A stretch of 64,000 nucleotides of DNA from Nemertoderma westbladi (GCA_032718475.1 JAUCBJ010007900.1:113353-177352), one strand, 5' to 3'; shown: positions 54,401 through 64,000, counted from the first letter of the stretch. The notes: generated by a model from the letters alone, not told the origin. Numbers and translations are program-made.

Positions 54401-57400
54401 AACATATTGATAAACACTGAGATAGGAACATATTGATAAACACAGAGGTAGGAAGAGATTGATAAACATAGAGGTAGGAACATATTGATAAACACAGAGG
54501 TAGGAACATAGTAACAGATTGATAAACACAGAGGTAGGAAAGTAGTAACATATTGATAAACACAGAGGTAGGAACATATTATTGATAAACACCGAGGTAG
54601 GAAGAGATTGATAAACATAGAGGTAGGAACATATTGATAAACACATATATAGGAACATATTGATAAACACAGAGGTAGGAAGAGATTGATAAACATAGAG
54701 GTAGGAACATATTGATAAACACAGAGGTAGGAACATAGTAACAGATTGATAAACACAGAGGTAGGAAAGTAGTAACAGGTTGATAAACGCCGAGGTAGGA
54801 ACATATTATTGATAAACACCGAGGTAGGAAGAGATTGATAAACATAGAGGTAGGAACATATTGATAAACACATATATAGGAACATGCAGTAGTAACAGGT
54901 TGATAAACACCGAGGTAGGAACATATTGATAAACACAGAAATAGGAACATACAGTTGTAACAGGTTGATAAACACAGAGGTAGGAACATATTGATAAACA
55001 CAGATATAGGAACATAATGATAAACACGGAGATAGGAACATACAGTTGTAACAGGTTGATAAACACAGAGGTAGGAACAGGTTGATAAACACAGAGGTAG
55101 AAAGTAGGAACATATTGATAAACACAGAGGTAGAAAGTTGGATCAGATTGATGAACGCAGAGGTAGGAACATTTGATAAACTACTACTACTACGATCGGC
55201 ATGCTGCATTGCAGCTGCATTGTATATATTACATATATATTAAGAATGCTGTGCCGGCTTTTCGACAAAATCGCGCCGCCACAATTCCCTATCACCCATG
55301 ACATTTGCTAGTTCATCCGCATCTTCAAGGCCAGTGTCCTTTAAGATGCGTCTCATGTCATAGGCTGTCCACCATGCTTATTCGCTCCATGATGCCGCCA
55401 AAGCACAAGATTATGCACTGGCGGGTCCTCACGGCTAAAGCAATGTCCTGCAAACCGGAGGAGGTTCCGTTCAAGTGTCAAGCTAGGGAAGACTAATGGA
55501 ACACCTCCAATGTTGTATAGAGTCTGATTGGAGTTGAGGAGATGTGTGCATTGTACTTGACTCAATGAACCAGGCGCAGCATTATTGTGAATGTGCCATC
55601 AGGAGATTTGGTATCCTATGCAGTAAGAGCCCAGCATGGACTCTCATATAAGAGTACTGGTTCTGCTACTGCCATAAATTATCGAACCTAAAGGTTCCGT
55701 TTTATTCTATGGGAGTTCCAAATCCTGGACAGACTATTTAACGCTACCCATGCCTTCACCTTACGTATCCGAAGGTCTTCACCTGACTTTCTGATCCATG
55801 AGCCCAAGTAGCAGAAGTAGTTTGATAAACACAAAAGGTAGTAAGTAGGAACAGGTTGATAAACACAGTATTAGGAACAGATTGATGAACACAAAGGTAG
55901 GAAACATATTATAAACACGATTCTGATCAATAATATAATATACTTCGCAGAGTACCACACCACCACCGTATTATTTATCTTAGATTTAGTTCTATTTCAT
56001 CTTGAAATATGTCTAGGTTACGGAAGTAGTTCGGAATTTGATCGAAGCGAAGGTATAGGAACAATAGAGGAGAGAGATGAAGGACCAGCGACAATATCTA
56101 AGGATGAAAAGATTACATCCAAGTAAGAAGCGGATATGTGTTAATTTACAATAAATATAATGGAATGGAACATTTAAATGAAACCAAAATGAGCTAGATT
56201 AATCAGAAATTATATTAAGATCATAATATTATTATTACATATAATATCACTTTATAAGGCTCTGATATCTCCAGTCATTTTTCAAAAATAATTATTATTC
56301 TTAAATTGTTACTTTTTCGGGCGAATATTCCCAAAAATCGGGATAAATAGGAGTATTTTTATTCTTTTTTTCATTGGATTTAAGTAACCCATAGGATTCA
56401 TTGATTTTACTTATTCTCAGCGAAAGAAGTAATTACTATAATAAATGTATAATAAACCTTGAAGTTAAACTTAGAGAATATTAACAGAATAAGTAAATGG
56501 AGTTTATCAGCTGGTAGTTACTACAGTATACGATATACAATAAATATTTGCAAATTAGGCTGTAAATGTATATAGAACAGGGCGTTTAAAGTAGGATTCC
56601 AAATATCCCTGTCCTCTCTGCCAAATGACCCCACGTGTTGGGAGGATTGGCATGTTTGACCTCTGTCGACTAAATCGATCCTAACGTTTTAACAACTGTT
56701 TAAAATCAATACAAACTATGACTGAAAGATAGCCCAATAAATTCTGGACAAAATGAGAACTCATATTAAACAAATGAGTAAACAGATTGGAAGATATGAG
56801 CGTATTAGACAAAAACATGCCGAAAGTCCCTACCCTCCCCTACAGTAATTTTAATCGCAGTAACTACAGTATGGAAGCAATATAGTAAAATTCTGCAGTT
56901 CAAATTATCTTGTAACACTTTCTTTGTATCTTTTATTAATAATGAATTAGCACTAAAAAGTACCAATTATTTAAGAGTAAAATTTCATATTACATAGGAA
57001 AAAACGTGGAACATTTTTTTTCAATATTTCCCCGCCTCGACACTTTATTAACCTTACTTATTAACCTTGGCGTTATTAACAGTGGAGAAAAGGTCTAAAT
57101 TTTTCACCAAGTAATAAGTAATTAATTTTTCTTCTGCGTTTGTTTTGGGCCATGTTGTTCTTCTGATTCTGAAAAAGAGAGTAAAACCTCCCAAAATGAG
57201 TTACAACGGAAACGGTACTTTAGTGCTGTACTACTGTATATCAAACCAGCACATAACTATTACTTTCATTTTTTGGTAAACTGTACAAAATTTTTTTATT
57301 GAAATTTACCATGCTTATACGGCGTATACGGAATCTCTGTAATTTTCTTCTCCTCTTTATTGTAATTTTAACTACAGTATAACTATTAATCACTAATACT

Positions 57401-60400
57401 GTACATTACTAGACCATTGCTATTAAAGACCGTCAGGCCCTAAGTTGTCCAGTTCGCTCGACCTAGTACAGTAGTAGTAGTACAGGCCCTAAGAAGGACA
57501 GTTTAACAGAATTATAGCGGCACATATACTTGACCTCTCAACGAGTAAGCCCCAACGGTCTTCTAATTAAATGTAATTTGATGATATCACGAGAACCGAT
57601 CATATAATTTTTTTTAATGTAATTGTACAGTTTGGTGAACTGCACCCAACGATTTATCACAATTCATATTTCGGATGACAGGTAGCGGTGAAATCCGACC
57701 GGGTGTTCCATAATGATTGCCAACCCCCCCCCCCCCCCCCCCCCTGGCCAGCCAAAACTGCCAGACATGTACTTTAGTGTAATATATCCTTCGAAAGATA
57801 ATTTAATTCTGAGCTTACACGCAAAAATTGAGGGTCCAATACAAAAGTATAAAAATTTCATAGGCTATTCTTTAAACCTATCTTATTTTTCGTTATTTTT
57901 TATTTAATCACAATTAAAACAAATATAATTTATCCAGCGTTAGTCATCAGCTTTACAGCCATGATTCCCCTTTGCAGCACGGGGAGCTCCTCGATAGTGG
58001 CAAAGGATGTTGGCCCTTAAAAGGGCCGTTTTGGTTTGAGTTCAGTTTGATTATGCCACAGAATCACGACCCTCTCTAAAAGTAACATCTCTGATCCTGT
58101 CAACCATACGTTTTTCTTCACAATCATCGAAGATTGCACTGGAACTTGTCATTTTAATTACTTCTGTTAGGCCTAATTCAGTAAAATTACCAAAGACACA
58201 TTAATACCGGTAACTGAATACTGTAATATATTGCAATACAGCAAAAGTCAAGCAGTAATAACTGTTTAAACAGGGTTGCAAATCTGATGACTAACCCTGG
58301 ATAAATTATATTTTTTTAAAATTGTGATTAAATCACAAATATTGGAAAGAAAGATTGGTTTAAAGAATTGCCTATAAAATTTTCATACTTTTGTATTGGA
58401 CCCTAAATTTTTGCATGTAAGCTCAGAATTAAATTCTCTTTCAAATGATATATTACACTAAAGTACATGTCTGGCAGTTTTGGCTGGCCATGGGGGGGGG
58501 CAATCATTATAGAACACACGGTAGTTAGTTAAATATTGTTTCTGCTAAATTATTGTTTTTTTCTATGTGTTACTTGTTTCCCAGGTAACTTAGTTTTATA
58601 GTCAATAAAACAAATACATATATGTATATATGCTTACAACAGTACTACTGTATATACACATATAGATATACTGTATGTAATAATTTTTAGTATTCAACGG
58701 AGATGGAGTAGAGTGGCCTGGTTGACGCCGCGTAGACGATCGCTGCGTTCATTCACGTTCAATAAGAAACGAGTGACTTACGATGCGGCCAAGTTCCCGC
58801 AGAAACCCTACCCAGAGTTAACAGTGTACCGGGAGGAAATATCCGACCCAGTGCCAGAACCGAAACAGGTAAAAATATCCGACCCAGTGCAGTGCCAGAA
58901 CTGAAACAGGTAAAAATATCCGACCCAGTGCCAGAACCTCAACAGGTAAACATATCCGACCCAGTACCAGAACCGAAACAGGTAAAAATATCCGACCCAG
59001 TACCAGAACCGAAACAAGCAAAAATATCCAACCCAGTACCAGAACCGAAACAGGTCAAAATATCCGACCCAGTACTAGAACCGAAACAGGTGAAAATATC
59101 CGACCCAGTACCAGAACCGAAACAGGTGAAAATATCCGACCCAGTACCAGAACCGAAACAGGTAAAAATATCCGACCCAGTACCAGAACCGAAACAGGTA
59201 AAAATATCCGACCCAGTACCAGAACCGAAACAGGTAAAAATATCCGACCCAGTATCAGAACCGAAACAGGTAAAAATATCCGAGCCAGTACCAGAACCGA
59301 AACAGGTAAAAATATCCGACCCAGTACCAGAACCGAAACAGGTAAAAATATCCGACCCAGTACCAGAACTGAAACAGGTAAAAATATCCGACCCAGTACC
59401 AGAACCGAAATAGATAAAAATATCCGACCCAGTACCAGAACCAAAACAGGTAAAAATATCCGACAAATTTCCGACCCAGTACCAGAACCGAAACAGGTAA
59501 AAATATCCGACCCAGTACCAGAACGGAAACAGGTAAAAATATCCGACCCAGTACCAGAACCGAAACAGGTAAAAATATCCGACCCAGTACCAGAACCGAA
59601 ACAGGTAAAAATATCCGACCCAGTACCAGAACCGAAACAGGTAAAAATATCCAACCCAGTACCAGAACTGAAACAGGTAAAAATATCCGACCCAGTACCA
59701 GAACTGAAACAGGTAAAAATATCCGACCCAGGACCAGAACCGAAACAGGTAAAAATATCCGACCCAGTACCAGAACCGAAACAGGTAAAAATATCCGACC
59801 CAGTACCAGAACCGAAACAGGTAAAAATATCCGACCCAGTACCAGAACTGAAACAGGTAAAAATATCCGACCCAGTACCAGAACTGAAACAGGTAAAAAT
59901 ATCCGACCCAGTACCAGAACTGAAACAGGTAAAAATATCCGACCCAGTACCAGAACTGAAACAGGTAAAAATATCCGACCCAGTACCAGAACCGAAACAG
60001 GTAAAAATATCCGACCCAGTACCAGAACCGAAACAGGTAAAAATATCCGACCCAGTACCAGAACTGAAACAGGTAAAAATATCCGACCCAGTACCAGAAC
60101 CGAAATAGATAAAAATATCCGACCCAGTACCAGAACCGAAATAGGTAAAAATATCCGACCCAGTACCAGAACCGAAACAGGTAAAAATATCCGACCCAGT
60201 ACCAGAACTGAAACAGGTAAAAATATCCGACCCAGTACCAGAACTGAAACAGGTAAAAATATCCGACCCAGTACCAGAACGGAAACAGGTAAAAATATCC
60301 GACCCAGTACCAGAACCGAAACAGGTAAAAATATCCGACCCAGTACCAGAACCGAAACAGGTAAAAATATCCGACCCAGTACCAGAACCGAAACAGGTAA

Positions 60401-63400
60401 AAATATCCGACCCAGTACCAGAACTGAAACAGGTAAAAATATCCGACCCAGTACCAGAACTGAAACAGGTAAAAATATCCGACCCAGTACCAGAACTGAA
60501 ACAGGTAAAAATATCCGACCCAGTACCAGAACTGAAACAGGTAAAAATATCCGACCCAGTACCAGAAGCGAAACAGGTAAAAATATCCGACCCAGTACCA
60601 TAACCGAAACAGGTAAAAATATCCGACCCAGGACCAGAACCGAAACAGGTAAAAATATCCGACCCAGTACCAGAACCGAAACAGGTAAAAATATCCGACC
60701 CAGTACCAGAACCGAAACAGGTAAAAATATCCGACCCAGTACCAGAACTGAAACAGGTAAAAATATCCGACCCAGTACCAGAACTGAAACAGGTAAAAAT
60801 ATCCGACCCAGTACCAGAACTGAAACAGGTAAAAATATCCGACCCAGTACCAGAACTGAAACAGGTAAAAATATCCGACCCAGTACCAGAACCGAAACAG
60901 GTAAAAATATCCGACCCAGTACCAGAACCGAAACAGGTAAAAATATCCGACCCAGTACCAGAACTGAAACAGGTAAAAATATCCGACCCAGTACCAGAAC
61001 CGAAATAGATAAAAATATCCGACCCAGTACCAGAACCGAAATAGGTAAAAATATCCGACCCAGTACCAGAACCGAAACAGGTAAAAATATCCGACCCAGT
61101 ACCAGAACTGAAACAGGTAAAAATATCCGACCCAGTACCAGAACTGAAACAGGTAAAAATATCCGACCCAGTACCAGAACTGAAACAGGTAAAAATATCC
61201 GACCCAGTACCAGAACTGAAACGGGTGAAAATATCCGACCCAGTACCAGAACCGAAACAGGTAAAAATATCCGACCCAGTACCAGAACCGAAACAGGTAA
61301 AAATATCCGACCCAGTACCAGAACTGAAGCAGGTAAAAATATCTGACCCAGTACCAGAACTGAAACAGGTAAAAATATCCGACCCAGTACCAGAACTGAA
61401 ACAGGTAAAAATATCCGACCCAGTACCAGAACTGAAACAGGTAAAAATATCCGACCCAGGCCCAGAACCGAAACAGGTAAAAATATCCGACCCAGTACCA
61501 GAACCTAAACAGGTAAAAATATCCGACCCAGTACCAGAAGCGAAACAGGTAAAAATATCCGACCCAGTACCAGAACCGAAACAGGTAAAAATATCCGACC
61601 CAGTACCAGAACTGAAACAGGTAAAAATATCCGACCCAGTACCAGAACCGAAACAGGTAAAAATATCCGACCCAGTACCAGAACCGAAACAGGTAAAAAT
61701 ATCCGACCCAGTACCAGAACCGAAACAGGTAAAAATATCCGACCCAGTACCAGAACCGAAACAGGTAAAAATATCCGACCCAGTACCAGAACCGAAACAG
61801 GTAAAAATATCCGACCCAGTACCAGAACCGAAACAGGTAAAAATATCCGACCCAGTACCAGAACCGAAACAGGTAAAAATATCCGACCCAGTACCAGAAC
61901 CGAAACAGGTAAAAATATCCGACCCAGTACCAGAACTGAAACAGGTAAAAATATCCGACCCAGTACCAGAACCGAAACAGGTAAAAATATCCGACCCAGT
62001 ACCAGAACCGAAACAGGTAAAAATATCCGACCCAGTACCAGAACCGAAACAGGTAAAAATATCCGACCCAGTACCAGAACCGAAACAGGTAAAAATATCC
62101 GACCCAGTACCAGAACCGAAACAGGTAAAAATATCCGACCCAGTACCAGAACCGAAACAGGTAAAAATATCCGACCCAGTACCAGAACCGAAACAGGTAA
62201 AAATATCCGACCCAGTACCAGAACCGAAACAGGTAAAAATATCCGACCCAGTACCAGAACCGAAACAGGTAAAAATATCCGACCCAGTACCAGAACCGAA
62301 ACAGGTAAAAATATCCGACCCAGTACCCGAACCGAAACAGGTATAAATATCCGACCCATTACCAGAACCCAAACAGGTGAAAATATCCGACCCATTTCCA
62401 GAACCTAAACGGGTGAAAATATCCGACCCATTTCCAGAACCCAAACAGGTGAAAATATCCGACCCATTTCCAGAACCTAAACGGGTGAAAATATCCGACC
62501 CATTTCCAGAACCTAAACGGGTGAAAATATCCGACCCATTTCCAGAATCTAAACGGGTGAAAATATCCGACCCATTACCAGAACGAAAACTAACATAATA
62601 TGTTTTAATAGTTTTTTTCATAATATTCCAGAGATGGCGAATTTTGAATGTTTTGGGGCACTTAAGTCCATATATGGTCTATATATTAATAATAAGTTCG
62701 AAACTGTAATAGGATCCACGTTTTCCATAAGTTTTAAGCTGGTATCCTGGATTCTGGAGTGGATGTTTAGTAGAGGAGCCGCGATCTCGATTGGGACTGC
62801 AGTTTAATAATGTTTTGTCTAGGTGAGGAGGCAACGAAATCGCGAAAGGCGAGAAGAACGAAGAACGCGTAGATTGGAACATTTACGAACAATGTACGAT
62901 CATTCGCACCTCAACGAGGTCAACGCCAATAGATTAATAGACAAACGAACGCGGGAATTTGAATTCGTCAGAGGAGGTGAAATATTAATTATTTACTTAC
63001 TTAATTACAGTTACATACAGACCTTACATGGGAGGCCTGTAAATAAATCAATACTTAATGAATTCTCACTACGCGTCATTTTAAACAGGAGAATATAAAT
63101 TATATTGTTCACCTTACAGGTAAAAATACATTTTCTCCATCTCCAACGAAGAGTAAAATACCTAGACAACGCGTGGAGGGAGAACCTATAACAGAACCTT
63201 TAGCTTTAGAGGCCGGAGGGGGAATAATCTTACCAGCTGTAGATGTGAGACACACCCCTCTGAGTTACAGAGAAGGGTGGGTTAGAATTCCCGCAAGCGA
63301 GGTCGTTATCGCTAAGTCACCTCTACCACCGCGACGCGCTAATCATGGGCGTAAAATCGTAGGACAAACTGCGCACGTTGACACACGTGGGACCACTACA

Positions 63401-63769
63401 GACGGTAGACATACACCGACAGATGGTAGACACACTCCCCTAGCGCCCGTCGACGGTAGAAATACACCTCTAAGTTATCGGGAAGGTCGTCTAACTCCGG
63501 AGATAACCCTGGAGAGTAGTCGAACTGTAACCGAAACAGATAGAATCCCAAACGGAGATATTTATAGGAACGGTGCACCCCTGAATAACAAGCCGAACTC
63601 CCCCAACGTAAAGGAGTGGCCGATAGCTTTGGAGCAAATTCTTTCAGATTGTGATGTTAAGGAGCCCCGAGTAAAGAATATGTTTTGGACTAATTATTTA
63701 CGAATTGGTATAAAGGATAAAAATAATCAAGTTTTACCTGACGGGAAATCCACCAGTATTTTGGTCTAA
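15311..63769 (+). CDS. Predicted 8-exon gene, 551 aa, K/R/E- and P/T-rich protein of unrecognised family; join(15311..15472,15892..15998,19365..19503,24053..24212,56017..56122,58691..58868,62823..62976,63120..63769)
   Basis: Hand-assembled: all 7 introns are GT-AG, intron phases 0,2,0,1,2,0,1 all match, 1656 nt with no internal stop; start codon and last exon end are uncertain. Confidence 0.72.
15892..15998 (+). CDS. Host gene coding exon 2 (KADRIFKELKILRDLSEEKYIETVRKQTEQKRLSI)
   Basis: TTTTCCAG| acceptor, AA|GTTAGT donor, phase 0 to 2. Confidence 0.7.
16034..19080 (+). repeat. 46/47-bp satellite (GGAAGTAGACCTGGCCTTTCTCAGTAGTTAGGGAAGTTAGTGTTACA), ~65 units, filling intron 2
   Basis: Period 47 (17941 to 17988) alternating with a 46-bp GTAGTCTGG variant; edge units are diverged. 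Confidence 0.95.
19365..19503 (+). CDS. Host gene coding exon 3 (RSEEKHTREHLATAENKDGHKQRLRRHPLKNNRDYLDNIEQSHMYK)
   Basis: TTTTACAG| acceptor, AAG|GTTGGC donor, phase 2 to 0, open frame. Confidence 0.7.
20445..21299 (-). CDS. PGAP2: Post-GPI attachment to proteins factor 2 (Frag1/DRAM/Sfk1 family), single coding exon, nested antisense in host intron 3
   Basis: 284-aa ORF with HFEETTMTHCNVSNFLPSLSAAVG..PERYIFRICIALHSSPR, LTYVSSSENYFVHE, HNWTCKPNIYSFFSLCEY...NIIFH, matching PGAP2 motifs; minus-strand AATAAA about 50 nt after the stop (20391-20396). Confidence 0.92.
   Translation of the reverse strand: MEMNRSNKKIHSNNGDPGIIDEFDNHEQIDDSKRKYTANQQHLRDIVPMVKFPATYLYILPLLPLGSLMACVAISLAIHFEETTMTHCNVSNFLPSLSAAVGDGTPERYIFRICIALHSSPRILLGIAYLATQLRCAPRINRWWYKPLCWVNFVSYEMEQSCLITLTYVSSSENYFVHEISFELFMGFSYIYMLSQIYIEKVRGCEAESIKVKLYIFSGSFFTVAIAWILFYYHNWTCKPNIYSFFSLCEYILVILNIIFHTYRLTEFSDVTFMEYGQIAKIYL
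23509..23768 (+). mobile_element. Helentron/DINE-1-like non-autonomous element containing a tRNA-like segment
   Basis: Sub-terminal inverted repeat AGGTCCGCGT (23511-23520) / ACGCGGACCT (23736-23745), adjacent 5' hairpin AGGTC...GACCT, short (GTT)n tract, T-rich flanks. Confidence 0.55.
23595..23670 (+). pseudogene. Degenerate tRNA-like sequence (pseudo-tRNA or SINE head)
   Basis: A box TGGCTCAGTTGG, B box GAGTTCAATC, partial acceptor stem ACCGT/ACGGT; T-stem and anticodon arm pair poorly. Confidence 0.55.
23834..23990 (+). repeat. ~25-bp minisatellite (TTTGTAATTTGTTATGTTTGTACTG) x~6 just upstream of the exon 4 acceptor
   Basis: Directly visible tandem copies. Confidence 0.85.
24053..24212 (+). 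CDS. Host gene coding exon 4 (ILGDQKEHQKTGKIKDNDDLDTFWEHYDKPSCYNSYIRELPSEELCSKVDKHR)
   Basis: TTTTAG| acceptor, GAG|GTGGGA donor, phase 0 to 1; the last ~16 nt are the first satellite monomer core. Confidence 0.7.
52525..53569 (-). mobile_element. 5'-truncated RTE LINE (copy 2), open reading frame, inserted in the large satellite
   Basis: 329-aa ORF 52578-53567 nearly identical to copy 1 (GVLQGDTLAP, LDFADD, FCYLGS, RLRFAGH); (TAG)n tail; TSD AACATATTGATA at 52515-52526 and 53597-53608. Confidence 0.95.
55181..55820 (-). mobile_element. Older, more diverged 5'-truncated RTE LINE (copy 3)
   Basis: Same 3' end (GCAGCTGCAATGCAGCATGCCGATC + (TAG)n), many substitutions and indels; TSD TTTGATAAAC at 55172-55181 and 55821-55830. 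Confidence 0.88.
56017..56122 (+). CDS. Host gene coding exon 5 (YGSSSEFDRSEGIGTIEERDEGPATISKDEKITS)
   Basis: TGTCTAG| acceptor, AA|GTAAGA donor, phase 1 to 2. Confidence 0.7.
57699..58521. mobile_element. Tc1/mariner-like non-autonomous element with ~220-bp imperfect TIRs
   Basis: CCGGGTGTTCCATAATGATTGCC...TGGCCAGCCAAAACTGCCAGACATGTACTTTAGTGTAATATATC (left) is the reverse complement of 58300-58521; TA follows the right end, left flank is GA. Confidence 0.8.
58691..58868 (+). CDS. Host gene coding exon 6 (IQRRWSRVAWLTPRRRSLRSFTFNKKRVTYDAAKFPQKPYPELTVYREEISDPVPEPKQ)
   Basis: TTTTTAG| acceptor, CAG|GTAAAA donor, phase 2 to 0; the last ~32 nt are the first 36-bp monomer. Confidence 0.7.
58837..62590 (+). 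repeat. 36-bp satellite (GTAAAAATATCCGACCCAGTACCAGAACCGAAACAG), ~104 units, filling intron 6
   Basis: 5 units per 180 bp (59641 to 59821); shared variants at a 900-bp offset (GGACCA at 59731/60631; TAG at 60106/61006). Confidence 0.97.
62823..62976 (+). CDS. Host gene coding exon 7 (VRRQRNRERREERRTRRLEHLRTMYDHSHLNEVNANRLIDKRTREFEFVRG)
   Basis: TTTTGTCTAG| acceptor, GAG|GTGAAA donor, phase 0 to 1. Confidence 0.72.
63120..63769 (+). CDS. Host gene coding exon 8 (KNTFSPSPTKSKIPRQRVEGEPITEPLALEAGGG...STSILV*), may be terminal or may splice earlier
   Basis: CCTTACAG| acceptor, phase 1, continuous with the 198-aa ORF 63173-63769; internal D[GV]R[HN]TP repeats. Confidence 0.7.
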
Positions 63770-64000
63770 TTGCATAATTATTATATACTCGGTGTTATAC
63801 TGTATATACAGTAGTTGCAAAACGTATTGTTGAAATCATCATATAAACAAAATCATGAGCATAAATTTATATACAAACCCCTTTAACTCTAAAAACGCTG
63901 GGGGGGTTTTTGCTGGCTAGGGCCTATACCTACTAAATAAAATTCGGTTGTGCCATCTTTCAGAAACATTTACGATGTCAGTATAATATCAAAATGTTTC

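Larger units (their letters stand above)
24197..55920 (+). repeat. ~31.7-kb complex satellite, roughly 900-1000 monomers of 26/33/34 bp sharing the core TTGATAAACACAGAGGTAG, with higher-order structure; fills intron 4
   Basis: Monomer tails: A GAACATAGTAACAGA (34 bp), B GAAAGTAGTAACATA (34), C GAACATA (26), D AAAGTAGGCATAGG (33); AABCD = 161-bp unit; interrupted by RTE copies 2 and 3; copy number estimated from length. Confidence 0.97.

Noticed and set aside
24093-55209. More than 100 overlapping minus-strand ORFs (MFINLLLCSYLCVYQSVTMFLPLCLSICYY...)
   Set aside because: They are translations of the satellite in all three frames; the minus strand of most monomers simply lacks stop codons.
59055-62621. 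1188-aa minus-strand ORF (FGSGTGSDIFTC)n and + strand (VKISDPVPEPKQ)n ORFs as stand-alone genes
   Set aside because: They result from a 36-bp period that is open in several frames; there are no unique domains, and the + frame is broken by indels and stops.

Overview
AT-rich, repeat-dense eukaryotic (animal-like) genomic DNA; the organism cannot be identified from sequence alone. The first ~15 kb is nested transposon debris: two CR1/L2-group LINE RT regions, a TIR element with a 5-bp TSD, an RTE LINE inserted into a 52-bp satellite and itself carrying a tRNA-derived SINE, a probable P-element remnant, and 22-bp and ~21-bp tandem arrays. From ~15.3 kb to 63.8 kb I can assemble by hand an 8-exon, phase-consistent + strand gene (1656 nt CDS, 551 aa, no family recognised). 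An intronless PGAP2 lies nested antisense in its third intron. The main finding is that this gene's large introns are filled with satellites built from its own splice donors. A ~31.7-kb 26/33/34-bp array is an amplification of the exon-4 end plus 5' splice site (GATAAACACAGAG|GT), and a 3.75-kb 36-bp array is an amplification of the exon-6 end plus 5' splice site (ATATCCGACCCAGT.CCAGAACCGAAACAG|GTAAAA). A 3-kb 46/47-bp array in intron 2 also repeats AA|GTTAGT. In the two clear cases only the first donor preserves the reading frame. All three RTE copies in the window sit inside satellites. The many long minus-strand ORFs in the ORF track are translations of the repeats, not genes.
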